DNA from: Felis catus
Lineage: Eukaryota
Length of the DNA: 64,000 nt
Direction: 5' to 3'
NCBI RefSeq assembly: GCF_018350175.1
Contig: NC_058368.1
Location: 142,664,001-142,728,000, forward strand
Under the pieces are notes generated by a model. That model ran no database searches. It was not told where the DNA came from and was given only the letters and a program-made list of their open reading frames with translations. Position 1 is the stretch's first letter. Every line of letters begins with the position of its first letter. The position numbers were made by a program, and so were the translations under genes. Below, piece by piece: positions 1 to 13,893 of the stretch.

Positions 1-970
1 AATAGTAACGTGTAGAGAAGACACAAAATTTTGCCAACTTTGTGTCAAGCTGCAAAATGTGCTCCTATATTCAGCAGACAGAAAGAATCCCAGCAGAGGC
101 AGTCAGGGGCTCGCGGCTGGTGGTGGTGGAGAAGGGTCACACACCAGCTTCCCCGCCATGGTACAGGTGGGCATGGGGGTCAAGGACACTGGTGTGGCCC
201 CAATTCCCACTCACTGAAGACCCAGCAGCTTTCCAGATAGGACAGTCTCACAAGAACCCTCCTGACTGGTTTAGAAAAGTAAATCTTTATGGCTTTATTC
301 CTGATTATGGAAGTTATATGTGCTCATTGCTAGAATTTGAAACTGGAGAAATACATCTAAAAAAAGTACACATATGCCCCCTCCCAATCCCAGCAGCCAG
401 AATATAATTGCTATTAACTGTTTTCGAGACATATTTATAGGACACAGATTTAATTGTCCTCAATTTAGAGGCGATGAAATGGGAAACTCAATGAACTTAT
501 CCACAGGCTTATGGGAACTAAGTCAAAGCTGGAATTCTAACCCAGACTTCTGGACACCTCGGACCTCTGTGTGTTCCAGTAGGCTACACGCCCTGTCCCT
601 ACACCCCTCTCTCTCATCCCACCACCGTCCTGCAGTGTAATTACTACAAGGCCCTGCAGCACTTACATAACTAGCTTTACAAACAGAAGCTGGTGTCATG
701 CACACAGGCTGGTTGTACATGAAAGTGCAAGACTAGTGTCACGGTTGTGTCCATTTTTCTAGCCACACTTGTGTGTGTAATGTTCCACTGACATGCTGTT
801 ATTTGAGTAAGATGACTGTAACACAGATCTGGGCATCCTTTTGCCCCAAATCCCATGCAAAACAGAAAACAAAGAGACTCCTGAAATTAGTAGGACGTGA
901 CTGTCATGTGAGGCCTGAACCTGGAACGCTGTGCATTTCAGGTCTGTTACTTATCCGCTCTGTGTGACCA

Positions 971-981
971 ATGACTCAGCA
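971..981 (+). promoter_or_regulatory. Perfect ARE/MARE motif ATGACTCAGCA (NRF2/BACH1/NF-E2 with small Maf)
   Basis: Exact 11-nt consensus match; function not shown. Confidence 0.3.
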
Positions 982-3359
982 TCTCCTTCCTAGTTATAAA
1001 GAGGGTGGGTGAACTGAATGCCTTCTAATTTCTGGTATCCTATGCAATGATGAACACTCTCCTAAGGGAGAGGTGGTGGGCCTCATGCAGCCCACCTAAC
1101 TTTTCTTCCTCTGCTCAGTATCACATTTCAGCCTGAAAGGCAGAAGGTTGCTTCTGGATTGCCACTTCGCAAATACGCCAGGAAAAATGAAAGTGCTTTG
1201 ATAATATATGATATTATTGCTCTTGCTAGATTTATTCTATTTAAATGAATGAGTGATAATCAACTTCACTGGTTAATTTCTTAGCACGCATTGTTTCAGT
1301 GTGTACAAATCTCCACAACAAAACGGACTGAGAGAGCTATAGGTGAAATCTTGTCCTCCTTGGAACTTACGGCTCTGGTTGGGGGAAAGACACACATACA
1401 AATAACTGGGATGAGGGAGCGAGAGCTCAGTGTCCTAGGGTGCTCCAGAGAAGCTCGAGGGACTCAGGTGTGGAGGGGTCAGACAGAGTTTCATGGAGGA
1501 GAAGGGATGTGAACTAGTCCCTAGAGGAGCATCAGAAAAACACAGGAAGACGACAGTGGCTGAAGGCGGACAGGGCAACGGTCCTGAGGGGTCACGTCAG
1601 CTGAATGATGGAGGTTGCAGCCCACAGGCTGAGGAGTCTGCCCGTGGCTGTGGTCAGTGGGAGACCACCGACAGCCGTCAACCAGGGAAGTCGGAAGCTG
1701 TGTCCACGGCCTCTCCCAGACCAGCTTCTAACAAAACTTAAAGTCTAACTGACCTTCAGTGTGTACATCAGTACCTAGCTCGTCACACCTGCTAAATAAA
1801 TAATCTCAGAAAGGGACTGAAGGTTGCTCCAAGGAGGACATGGGAAGCAGCTCGAGGCAGGCAAACCTGGACAACTCTTAGAACTCAAGTATAGATTTGC
1901 CAATTTTACCACAGAAAATGAGTGTGTGAGAGGGAGGGAGGGAAAGACTGTTCTTGCACTCTGTAATCAAGAGCAGAAATAACATCTCATTATAACCTTT
2001 AAAGAAAGGAGGCCTTTTAAACGAAATAGTAATAAAGCTGTATGGAATCACTTTGAAGACTTGGCCTTTGGTGGTGTGGAAAATGCTAACATCTGTCAGT
2101 GCCCTTCATCTACAATCAAGCTTCTACCAGAAGAATCTGAGGGCTTTATGCGTGTGCACGTCTGTCAGGTATATAGGTATACACTGCACGACCAGATGTA
2201 GGTGAGAATTCTAAGGATGCGCGGGAAGCCTCGTCTGACTTCCCAGGTGAGCTGGTGGTCTCAGATGGGGTGGGCTCATTAACTTCAGAACAGCCCATGT
2301 CAAGCCTGGTGCTTGTAGGATGGGTGTATATATTCTCTCTCAGGCAAATGAATGCCTTTGAATTATTTCCCCTCGTGGTCTGGGGCACTATGGCTGGAAC
2401 CTAAGGGAGTGTGGAGCTCCTCACAAGCACGTAGAGCTGGGCTCGCACCTGCAGGAGCTCAGGCCCTGACTTGGAATCATGGCTGCTCCCTAGCACTGTG
2501 GATGTTTCCGGGCTTTCCGTAAGTCAGCTTAAACAGCATCATCCCTGTCCCTCGAGCTCACACAGGTTTCCCCCACTGACTACCCTGACTGCTCGAGAAG
2601 GACCCTGAGTCTTGGTCAGCCTGCTAGAAAGAAATATTTTAAAGATGGGAAATAGGTAATCCTTAGGATCTATTCCTAGAAAGGAAGGAGGGAGGGTAAA
2701 AAGGTACTATCTGGATAGAGACCAACACAGGTCTGTCCAAAGTTACCTTAGAACAAAGCCTGTAAAGATGAATAAAATGTTTCCTCAAAGCACACAGGAA
2801 AGCGAATACAGCCCACACGTCCGATACTGGCCCTGGGGTGGGGGGCGAGGGAGAGATAAAAGCAGAGCCAAATTTGGGGCACTGAGAGGACAGTGGTCAA
2901 TGAAACAATGACAGGGAACTTGCCAGAAAGGGAACACAAAGAGAACAGCAGGAGAGGCAGCTCCCTGGACACAGAGGGGAAGTCAGGCTGAGCTGCACAC
3001 AGAGGCAGGGACTTTATTAATATATGTATTTGTCTAGCAAGGAGGTCTGGGGAAAGGACTGAAGAAAGGCAGGGAAAATCCCACATCATCTCTCTTCTGG
3101 CTGATATTTTCAATGCAGGGGAAGGGTGAGGGTGAACATTTATAAACTGGATAAGTAGCTTCAGACGTCTGTATATGATCATGTTATAATGGTCACAAGC
3201 CACTTCTTAACGGTAATTAAACTATTTTTATTTAGGAACAAAATGTAGGATGCAAGTTCACGCATGAAAAGGCGGGTGTGAATTGCCATCTGGAGGTACT
3301 TTTAGGTTCAGGAAATGCTAAACGACAGTAAGACAATGACTTTAGCCTGTTGATCTATG

Positions 3360-3470
3360 ATCACTCATTAACAAGTATTTATTGAGAAATCACTATCATG
3401 GCAGATTCCATGCTATGCACTGGGAATATGGCAGTAAATGAAAAAGATACAGACCCTGTCCTCATGAATT
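3360..3470 (-). mobile_element. L2 3'-end fragment
   Basis: tcactcattaacaagtatttattgag…tgggaatatggcagtaaatgaaaaagatacagaccctgtcctcatg is the typical antisense L2 terminus. Confidence 0.7.
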
Positions 3471-3526
3471 TCTATGCTTCTGTTTGTTTGTTTTACATTC
3501 TATTTATTTTTAATTGTGGTTAAAAC

Positions 3527-3630
3527 ATATATATATAAATATATATAATAATATATATATAATATATATAAATATATATAATAATATTATATATAATATA
3601 TATAAATATATAAATATATATATATATAAA
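3527..3630. repeat. Pure A/T low-complexity (AT)n-like tract, 104 nt
   Basis: No C or G across the interval. Confidence 0.9.
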
Positions 3631-3634
3631 CTCT

Positions 3635-3852
3635 GGGGGCGCCTGGGGGGGCTCAGTCAGTGGGGCATCCGACTTTGGCTCAGGTCACGATCTCACGGTT
3701 CATGAGCTCGAACCCCACGTTGGGCTTGCTGCTGTCAGCACAGAGCCTGCTTCGGATCATCTGTCCCCCTCTGTCTCTGCCCCTAACCCACTCTTGTGTG
3801 TGCTCTCTCTCTCTCAAAAATAAATAAAAACACTAAAAAAAATATTTTTAAA
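3635..3852 (+). mobile_element. CAN-SINE (felid SINEC)
   Basis: ggggcgcctgg head, (CT)n region, aaaataaataaa tail. Confidence 0.93.
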
Positions 3853-4942
3853 AAATATATAAAACTTACCATTTAACTACTTTTAAATGGACAGCTGAGT
3901 GGCATTAAGGACATTCACGTTGTTGAGCCACCGTCACCCCACTCCCAACCACACAACTCTTTTCATCTTGCAAAACTGAAACTACACCCCTTAGGCACTA
4001 AGCCCCATCTCGCCTCCTCCAGCCCCTGGCAGCCACCATTCCACTTTCTGTCTCTATAATTTTGACTACATAGGTACCTCATATAAGTGGAAGCATGCAG
4101 TATTTGTCTTTTGGTGACTGGCTCATTCTACAAATGTTCTTAAGGTTCATCCGTGTTGTAGCATGTGCCAGAATTTCTGTCCTTTTTAAGGCTGAGTGAT
4201 ATTCCACTTATGTGTGTACTGCATTTTGTTCACCCTTTCATGCCACCAACTGTGCGTTCACATTTTACATTCCCACCAACGGTACATAAGTGTTTAACAG
4301 CATTTTACAGTTCCAACATTCCCACCAGTAGTGCATAAGTGTTCGAATTTCTCCACCTCCTCACCAACACTTGTTATTTTTCTTCCTTCCTTTTTTTTTC
4401 TTTTGATAGTAGCCACCCTAATGAGTGTGACCTGTGGTTCACTGAGACGATTTATGCTTTACCACAGAATCTCCTGGTCTATGAGAAATCCTATGAACTC
4501 TAGTATGTGTTTATGTCTGTGTCCCAGCCTTTTGGGAATATCTTTGTTATTAACACCTAACCCAAAAAGTACCAAGGGTATGTGTCCATGAAAAGTGCCC
4601 CAACTCCGCCAGTAGGAAGGGCCTTGGGGGCACCTTAGAATAAGAGGGAGGGAGTATAGCTGCTAAACCCCAACAGGCCAGCTTCTCAGGGGATCTGGTA
4701 CTACATAGAAGGCAGGGCTCCCCTGGGAAATGTCTAACGCCTGTTTCTCTGATTCATCATAGGAGGGGATATTGGTCCACAACCCCCAACAAGGCCCACT
4801 AAAGGGGAGAGAGCAGATGAGTAAGTAAATTGATGCAGTGATGTTTTACAACAGGGATCAAAAAAGTGGGCAGGATGTGGGAATAACAAAATCCTATAAT
4901 TCAAATTACTCGAGCGCTGATTTTGTTTCTCATCTTTCCTTG

Positions 4943-5057
4943 TTTTTTTTATTTTAGAGACGAGAGAGCACATGCATGAGTGGGGGATGGGGCAGAGGAA
5001 GACAGAGGAGCCAAAATCAAGAGTTGGATGCTCAACCGACTGAGCCACTCAGGTGCC
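4943..5057 (-). mobile_element. CAN-SINE with internal deletion
   Basis: Head and tail present, middle missing; flanking near-repeat caaattact..agcgct at ~4902 and ~5060. Confidence 0.8.
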
Positions 5058-5519
5058 GACAAATTACTTCAGCGCTTCTAATGTTTCTAACATTTTCACT
5101 TGTATTCATCTCTTTTACAACCATGCCTTTGGCTATGTTGCTTCTTATCAATGAGCACAGGGTGGAAAAGGAGACAGACTGAGTCAGGGGCTTTGCCCCT
5201 TTGAGATCCGTTTAGAGACCCGAAGAATGTTGAAGCTGGAAGGAACTTCAGACATTTTAATTCAATGTTCACTTGACAGGTGAGGAGACTGGTGAACTAA
5301 GTGGCGTTTGGGAAGGAGAGGTAGAACACCACCCTCTTGTGCTATAAGGAAGGACAAACAATCTGGGAAGTGCTGGGGTTAGAAACCAAAGAAATGGTTC
5401 TGTGATGACATTGACTCAATTGTTAACCTTTCACATAAATTCTAGATCGGCTGCTCTATGATCTTATTCCACAAAGCCTCTAGAACATATTCATGAAATA
5501 TACCCTATAAATAGGATTT

Positions 5520-5646
5520 GGGGCGCCTGGGTGGCTCAGTCGGTTAAGCGTCCGACTCTTGGTTTTGGCTCAGGTCATGATCTCATGGTTTCGTGAGTTT
5601 GAGCCCCGCACTGGGCTCTGTGGTGACAGTGTGGATCCTGCTTGGG

Positions 5647-5692
<46 letters not shown>

Positions 5693-5772
5693 TGTCTCTC
5701 TCTATCTCTCTGCCTCTCCCCCACTCATGCTGTCTCTCTCTCAAAAATAAATAAATAAACTTTGGAAAAAAA
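5520..5772 (+). mobile_element. CAN-SINE
   Basis: Full head, long (CT)n, A tail. Confidence 0.93.
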
Positions 5773-6775
5773 GAATGTGTAAATTTGAAGACTTGGTTGT
5801 CCTATAAATACATATTTTCTTATAGATGGATTTAATCCCCCCAATTAGTTGCATAGAAAAGGCAATGAGCTTGTTTCATCCTCCCATAAAGGAGCAGGAC
5901 CCCAAAGATAGCTCTCCTTTTTTCAACGTCTGCTGCAAGGTAGATTGAAATGAATATAAAAACTGGGGAGGAAAAGCCCATGGTGTTGTCCATGTACGAG
6001 GAGGAGTGGCACTTGGCCACTGGCAGGCAGAGTCAGAAGTGAGCACCCCGTTTCTGTGGACCAACGGTGAATGTGGTTCCACGTTGATGCCAGCACCGGA
6101 CAATGTCCCTCATGACAGGCAGGAGTTCCTAGTTGGCAGGACAGGTCAACAGGGAGGCCTGGAGGGAGCTTTAAGGGGGGGGGGTGGGAGCAGCAGAAGG
6201 CCAGAAAATGTCCCTGACTTTGTGACAGCAGTAAACGGTCTTCGTAAGTCCATCACTTAATATGTGGGAAACTGAGTCCAGGAGAAGTGGAGGGACTTGC
6301 TCAAGGCCCTAGAATCTATGGGGGGCAAAACTAAGATGATTCTCTCTTCTGATTTCCATGCCTTCTTAACTTTTACACTGGAGAAACCTTGTGCCATGCT
6401 GTGATTTAGCTGCGGCACTTTAGGGGAGGTAGCAGATCCACAGCGGGTTGTACGTACTAAGAACCTGCGGCAGGCAGCATTACAACCGACTTACCCAGAA
6501 ATATACAACCTATGCCCCCATTTCTGCTGCTAAGGAAAATTCAGTTTGGTGAGTGGAGGGGGCTTAAGGCTTTTCTTCTGTAGATGGAACATAGTTGGTT
6601 AAGGACAGTGGCAACTATTACAATGTGTGATGCATACTCAGCACATCCTTGGTCTTCATACTGGGTTTCTCAGTGCATTAAATTACCTACAAGTCTTGAA
6701 AACCCTTCCTGCCTCCCCTCTCTTCCCTTCTTGCGAGAGATTCTGATCTCACTGGTCAAGAATCACTGCTCTCGT

Positions 6776-7014
6776 GAGGCGCCTGGGTGGCTCAGTCGGT
6801 TGAGCGACCGACTTCGGCTCAGGTCACGATCTCGCGGTCCGTGAGTTCGAGCCCTGCGTCGGGCTCTGTGCTGACAGCTCGGAGCCTGGAGCCTGTTTCA
6901 GATTCTGTGTCTCCCTCTCTCTGACCCTCCCCCATTCATGCTCTGTCTCTCTCTGTCTCTCTCTGTCTCAAAAATAAATAAACGTTAAATAAATAAATAA
7001 ATAAATAAATAAAA
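6776..7014 (+). mobile_element. CAN-SINE (SINEC_Fc-like)
   Basis: Perfect TSD aagaatcactgctctcgt at 6758 and 7015; (AAAT)n tail. Confidence 0.95.
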
Positions 7015-7194
7015 AAGAATCACTGCTCTCGTGAGCCAGTTATGGACTATATTGTGTCACACCCCTTTGCTGTGCTGGGGCAGAGAAAAGGTTAAAAACC
7101 ATGGATGTTGGGTTCTTAGTAACTAGTCACGGGAGTCTCTGCTCCTCTCACACTGTTGATCAAATCACTTCCTAGCACCTTCTAGAACAATCCT

Positions 7195-7480
7195 TGTAGA
7201 CTAACAGAAATATGATGCAAATTCATATGTAATTCTACATTCTCTATTAACCACAGGAAAAGGAAAGAGGTGGAATTAATAATAACGTACTTAACTCAAC
7301 ATATCCAAAATATTGCCATTTCAACTAGTAAATATATTTTATGATATATTTCAAATTTTTTTATACTAAATCCTCTGAATCTGATGTGTATTTTATACTT
7401 TAGCACATCTCAATCCACAATTAGCCACATTTCAAATGTTCAATGGCCACAAATGGCTAGTGGTTACCATATGGACATAG
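7195..7480 (+). mobile_element. MER33 (hAT-Charlie non-autonomous element)
   Basis: atatccaaaatattgccatttcaac…tagccacatttcaaatgttcaatggccacaaatggctagtggttaccatatggaca resembles the MER33 consensus. Confidence 0.8.
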
Positions 7481-7619
7481 AAGTACCCTTGTCTCTCTCA
7501 GGGACATAAGTGACTCCAATTTCTCCATACCGCCTCAGGCCCTTTCCTTTCCAAGTCTAATGCTTCTACTCCGGTCCTAATTCTATCCCAACGCTCCTCC
7601 ATTAGTCATCACGTAATTA

Positions 7620-7930
7620 TTACCAAGGGCCTACCCAGTACTGGGTATTCATGTTAACTTACGAGGATGAAAAGATGAATCAGCCACAGAGCTTGACTTC
7701 CAGGAGCTCTCAGCTTAGTGGGAAATGAAGGCACAGTATAAGAGAATTCGATGAAGGATTTACACACAGATATGTACAAAGGGATGCTGAGGAAGGACTT
7801 TCTGGGGCTCCAAGGAGCGTTCACATAGATGGGATGTTTCTTTTGAGTTTTAAGGAATGAGGAGAACCTGTGGGAGGGCAGGGTAAGGTGTTTCAGCCAC
7901 AGAGAAAAGCATTTTCAAGACAAAAATAGG
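7620..7930 (-). mobile_element. L2 fragment (degraded)
   Basis: cttgacttccaggagctctcagcttagtggg and ttttgagttttaaggaatga motifs. Confidence 0.5.
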
Positions 7931-8844
7931 ACGATCTGCCTCCTTTAGAAAAGGCAAGCGTCTAGCAGGGCAGGGAGTGGCAGGTGGGAGAGTGGGGCTG
8001 CAGATGCCCGTGGACAGAGTTACTGTGGGGTTGCTGTCTAAGCAAGGAAACCCTGTGCCAGGCTGTGACACAGACTGGAGAGGACAAAGAAGTAAGGAGA
8101 GCCTGAAGGAAGGAACGAATAAAGGGGGTGGCAGTATGCCTAGAAAGGAGGGGAATGTACAATGAACGAAAGAAACGGAGGAGCATTATTTTCTGAAGAC
8201 GCCAGGCTTTATGATGGAGGCTGGACAAAGGGCCTAAGAGTTAAGGCTTTCCAGGCCCAAACTCACTAGGCTCGGGTCCTCAGGGCCACTAGCATGGCAT
8301 TTACACAGCACTGTTACAAACTGTAGTGATCAGAGAGCACAAATGGCTTCCTTCCCTGCAGAATCAATGGGGCTACCTATGCCTGAATCTAGGCAGTAGC
8401 CAGAAGCAAGCTAAATCACTTCCAGGATTGCTGGGTGAGTCACACCTGTGTGATGCAGCAGGTGCTGGGTAGCAGCTGGCCAGCTCCATCGGCTGATGTG
8501 GTAGCTTATTTGCCCTTGGGTTTCCCGGAAGAAGGCTCTGGAACTCTCAGGTGAGAAGAAGGCAACAACAATAACATGACTCCCACAGTGAGCAGGAGCC
8601 TCTAGGACCCTCTGGAAAAGCTGAGGCAGGGAGATGAAATGGCTGGAAGATCACATAGCTAGGAATAGGCAGAGCCAAGAACAGAATTTACCCCCTGGGC
8701 CACTGAAGCCACGATGCGATCAGCACAGCAGGTGTTATGGAGAACTGTTTACCCTGTCAGCAAACTCAAGTGGAAAGGAGAACGTTAGGCTAGAGACACG
8801 TCAGCCAGTAAAACTGTGTTCGTGAGCCAAAGGGATTCAGTTTA

Positions 8845-9042
<198 letters not shown>

Positions 9043-9197
9043 TTAACAACTTTGTCATGCATTCAGAGATCTCTAAAATCTGCAGTTGGTGTGTCTTCAA
9101 TTCATCATTTGTCTCCACGATAGTAATGATGAACATCTGATAAGACTTTCAGTGTCAAGTATCATGACAATTAAAAAATAAGAGTCCTGTGACCCTT

Positions 9198-9418
9198 GGG
9201 GCACCTGGGTGGCTCAGTCGGTTAAACGTCCAACTTCGGCTCAGGTCATGATCTCACGGTTCGTGAGTTCGAGGCCCGCACCGGGCTCCGTGCTGACAGC
9301 TGGGAGCCTGGAGCCTGCTTCGGATTCTGTGTCTCCCTCTCTCTCTCTCTCTGCACCTCCCCTGCTTGCTCTCTCTCTCTCTCTCTCTCAAAAATAAAAT
9401 AAAAGATAAAAAAAATTA
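9198..9418 (+). mobile_element. CAN-SINE, 260 bp upstream of the exon 6 acceptor, antisense to ARSB
   Basis: TSD aaga(g/c)tcctgtgaccctt at 9180 and 9419. Confidence 0.95.
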
Positions 9419-10511
9419 AAGACTCCTGTGACCCTTTGCAATGAACGATGTGGCTGTATTTATACGCGGCTATTCCTTACAAAGGGGCAATGAGAACCCA
9501 AGTTGTTCTGTGTAGGCTTCACGCTGACCATTCACAGGGAGACGCGGAAAGAACATCTGCCAGGATAGCAGCATCAATACTACTATCACAACCTACGTTA
9601 GTGGTGAACACAAACTTGGGGATCACAGACCAACCCCTTATGTTACAAGTAAGGAAGGCACAAAGTTATTGGTCAAGTCTTAGATCATGTGACTCTCAAC
9701 ATGGTGTACTTAAAAAATTGAGAGCATTAACACCACCAGATGTATGTGGGGAGTGCATGATGCACCCAGGACATTTGCTAGTATGTACTCAGCCTTATGT
9801 AAGAAGTTGTTAAATGCAATTTCAACTGTGGGGAGAGGACTATTTGAGAACCCAATAAAAGGTTGCAAAGTACTACTTGTTAACACTGTAGGCTTTGTAT
9901 ACAACCGAATAATCATTAAGGTCCCTGATGTAACCAAGAGGACATGGTTTCAGGCAGCCCAATAGCCACACCCCAAAATCACAGGTAGCTATCAGCAGCA
10001 ATGGCTTAGGATTTCAAGGCCCATAGAATTGTGTATTTGACAAGTAAAAATATATATATATATATTTTTTAGCAAAATTTAATTAAGAAAACCCCAAGCT
10101 TCAACTACCATCAGCATTATTTTATGAAATAAAGACGATTTTAACAGCCAAAAAGGTAGGAAGAATATGATCTCAGAAGAAATGACAGCTCTTCAAAGTG
10201 AGTGCTTTTAACTTTAGTATTCTATAAGATTTCCTTGTTCTCTACTCCATAAAACACACCAATTAGAGACTGGGAGGGAAATACACAGGGATGTCTCTAG
10301 TCCTGCAGGCACCAGAGGCAGGGTTGCTGGGGAGAGGGGGCTATTTCCTAGGACTTTTCTCATTTTCTTCCTGAGGCAACTAACTATCTGATTGTCCTGG
10401 AGACTGTCAACCAGTCCAAAATGATAGGTACTAGAGTTTGATTCCAGAAACTCTGAATGCAAGTAAGCACGATTAGCAAAGAAAATGGCAAACGTGAGAA
10501 AATCTAAACAG

Positions 10512-10548
10512 GATGATGATGATGATGGTGATGATGATGATGATGATG
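10512..10548 (+). repeat. (GAT)n microsatellite
   Basis: About 12 GAT units with one GGT interruption. Confidence 0.9.
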
Positions 10549-12020
10549 TCTAATTTGTGGGTTCAAAGTAAATAGAGTTAAAATCTGGATGATAATAATA
10601 GCAAGTAAGTCAAGAGGGGAAATCAGAATGGATGCATTTTATAAAGTCTTATCATTCAGAATAAGTTAATACTATTGATGAGATTTACAGTTAGCTAAGT
10701 AAAATCTGCATGTTAAAATTTTAAGGTGACTTAAAAATAAAGATAGAATTTTTCTGGACTACCTAAAAACAAAACAAAATTCATTCAATTCAAAAAAATA
10801 TCCAAAAATGTCAGGGCCAAGATATTAGTACATAACCACTTGTCTTTAAAAGCAAAGTTCACTGGAATACCCCCAAAGCATTAGGCACAGTTAAATAAAG
10901 GATATTTTTCTAATAACTTTTAGGAAGAGTTTCTCTGTATGTTACTCATTCATATTTTTTTCATTACTCAGAAGAGTCACAGATATTTCAAAATAAGGAA
11001 ACTACAAAGAAAAGATGACGTTTGGAATACCTGAGTTTGTGAGTAATCCTGGTGATGGATTAGGTCCTGGAAAAATCTCCACAGGCAGAATCACCATGAT
11101 GCAAATAGGAACAAAAACAACAACAAAACCCAAACAAAAAACAGCCAATTCTCTTGAGCATGTTATGATACTACTTTTTAAAATGTAGTCATTGGAATAT
11201 TTTGAAAAGGATGTGGTTACGGATATGAGGCAAGAAGACAGTATGTGATCAGTGAATAAAACAGTGATCAAACACCCTTAGTCACTCCAAGAAATTTATT
11301 AAATAAACCAAAGAAACCAAATGTACATTTAGGGACTGAGTAAAATACCATAAATCTTGGGTTACTCCCCCTCAAAATATAAATTAAAAGCCCAGACAAG
11401 TTCATGTACTAATTCCTTGGGGCTAGACTTTTGGGAAATGATGGATTTTAGAAATATCTCCAGGTGGATTTTTAAAAAGATACATACCTACATGGGAAGT
11501 AATTATGGAAATATGAAAAAAAAAATATACACCAAACTGTTAACTGGGGGGGGGGGGGGGATGGATGGGTGGAGTGAGGTTATGAGGACTTTTAATTTTT
11601 ATAACTAGTATGTATTATGATAATTGGGACATTTTTAAGATTTTTTAAAAGTAGTATATAATTTCTAAAAATTTCTAAGGCCCCACAAACACATCTAAAA
11701 GCATAACAAGGGGGAAAACTCAGATATTTTACAGGATTTTAAAGACAGGAAAAACTATCCAAACTAGGACATACATGTAATATTTAAACATGTTAACTTC
11801 TGGAATGTGATTGTATTCTACCTACTTAAAATGTAGTTATCACAACGACTGATCATGTAATTCCCTCTCAGGAGTCTGAGAATTCCCATGCAAATTTAAG
11901 AACAGGATTGCTTTTACCAAAATGGAGAAAACACAATAATGGGTTTAGAGTCACTGGGTTCTCAAATCTCAACACTAAAGGCTTTGTTTCAATAATGGGT
12001 GCAGGGTCTTAATGCCTGAG

Positions 12021-12150
12021 AAGGAGGGGAGGAGAGGGGAGGATGGGGAGGGAGGGAGAGAAGATGGAGGAAGAAAAGGCAGGGGTGGGGGGGTGGGGGG
12101 GAGGAGGAAGAAGAGGGAGAAGGAAACAAGGGGGTAGGGAGAGAGGGAAG
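12021..12150 (+). repeat. G/A-rich low-complexity tract with G-quadruplex potential
   Basis: Multiple G3-G8 runs, e.g. ggggtgggggggtggggggggagg. Confidence 0.7.
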
Positions 12151-13059
12151 GACTGGGTTTCCTTTAACAGCTATGCTGCACTAAGTTACCGGTACAGTTT
12201 CACGAAAGTGATTATGCACACACATATACACATACACACATCCACTTGGGAAGGCACAGGAACCGTGTGGCTCACTGCAGTGGAGACCAGGGCACAGCAC
12301 ACTGATGCTGGATGGGAGAAGGGGACTCAAGCCTCCGGAGAAGAACACAGGAGAACCTGGCAGGTGAGGGGTGTTGGGGAGTCGGGTGATAAATGGGGAT
12401 CTCAAAGACCAGCCCTGCAAGCTCCATAGTATTGCATAAGGAATAGTTTAGAGTCATGATTCTCAAGTGACCAGCAAAGGGCAGAGAACTACTGGTCACT
12501 ATAGAGGTGTAGCCCAATAATGACGATGCCTGGAAGGAAGAATAAACACCTCCCTGACTCGGCTCAGCTCCCAGGAGGAACTCGGTTTCCCCAGAACCAA
12601 GAAACTGGACTCCAGCGCTCTGGTTACTGGGAGAAAAATCTCTACCACTGGATTAATAAACTGACATTCTCTTTTTAGATTAAAAGAGAGGAAAGTTCAA
12701 TGAGCAGGCACCTGTTTTCAGTGCAGTTTAAAATATTCTTAAAGGCTCACAAATCCTTGATCATCTAAAGTTGAGTAGTCTCTAATAAGCATATAAAAGA
12801 TCTCACTCCTGTACCTGGAGAGAAAAATGCTTAGGCTTTTCTTTTTTTATCTTTTCCTCTTCCTGTGTATTTTTAGGGCAAACCTCTTGCATTGCCGGCA
12901 TAGTGCCATCCTTTCTTCTCTGTGCCTCTGGAAATTTTTGTCACCAATAACCTCTACTTTTTTATGCAGTTTTTCCACATATTTATGTATTTATTTTACC
13001 TTTAACCATCATATCTTCTCTTCACCATTAAATGTCTCCGAACAGTATTGTAACTGAAG

Positions 13060-13268
13060 TTATTCTCACTTTATCTCATATTAGAATTACCCGAGGAGCG
13101 GGGCACCTGGGTGGCTCAGTCAGAAAAGTGCCAGACTTTCGCTCAGGTCATGAACTCGTGGTTCGTGGGTTTGAGCCCCATGTCAGGCTCTGTGCTGACA
13201 GCTGAGAGCCTGGGGCTGCTTCTCATTCTGTGTCTCCCTCTCTCTGCTCCTCTCCAACTCGTGCTCTA

Positions 13269-13316
<48 letters not shown>

Positions 13317-13655
13317 AAAAATAAAAAAAAAATAAAGAATTACCTGAGGAGCTTTCACATCCAGATGCTCCGACTACATCTTGTAACCAGAAAGATCACT
13401 GTGGGGCAGAACCCAGGCATCAGTACTTTTTTGAACTCCTAGCTGATTCCAGTGTGCAACTGAGAGGCACTGGGTTGCGACCACTGCTCTGGAACAGAGC
13501 TATTCAAACATTAATGTACATGCAGATCCCTAGGAGATCCTGTTAAACTGTGGATCTGACTTATTTGAGCAGGTGGGGCCAGGAATCTGCATTTCTAGCA
13601 GGTTCCCGGTTAGTATAGTTGTTGCTGGTCTGAAGACCACACTTTGAGTAGCGAG
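13060..13655. mobile_element. Two adjacent MER5-family elements (~13060-13475, split by a SINE; ~13495-13655)
   Basis: cccaggcatcagtacttttt…gctgattccagtgtgca and ggggccaggaatctgcatttctagcaggttccc…gaccacactttgagtagc are MER5A/B motifs. Confidence 0.7.
13100..13335 (+). mobile_element. CAN-SINE inserted in a MER5 element
   Basis: TSD agaattacc(c/t)gaggagc at 13083 and 13336. Confidence 0.93.
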
Positions 13656-13751
13656 ATTGGAGAAAGTCCCTTGGAGCCCTGTTACACAGGACTGGAACTC
13701 CTTCAGCGTTTCCTAAATTAGAAATTCATTTAGTTTAGACCTGATTCTAGA

Positions 13752-13885
13752 GCGATGGTTCTTGACCCTGGCTACACAATGCAATCACCTGGGAAGCTTT
13801 AAAACATACTGATGCAAGAGTTCCACCAAAAGAGCGTGATCTCATTAACATGTGCTTCAGCCTGGGCATGCAGATTCATAAAAGT
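13752..13885. mobile_element. MER5A1-like left half (right half at ~15632-15680)
   Basis: atggttcttgaccctggctacacaatgcaatcacctgggaagctttaaaacatactgatgc; resumes as gctgattctaacacacagctcagggtgagaatcact after the L1. Confidence 0.65.
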
Positions 13886-13893
13886 AATTTGTT

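Larger units (their letters stand above)
3500..4430 (-). mobile_element. Old L1 (L1MA/L1MB-like) 3' UTR fragment, interrupted by an AT tract and a SINE
   Basis: Antisense L1 3'-end motifs: gtggcattaaggacattcacgttgttg, aggttcatccgtgttgtagcatgtg, cattttacattcccaccaac. Confidence 0.8.

Noticed and set aside
4261..4345. Short direct duplication (cattttaca…cataagtgtt) as a regulatory repeat
   Set aside because: Local tandem duplication inside a decayed L1.
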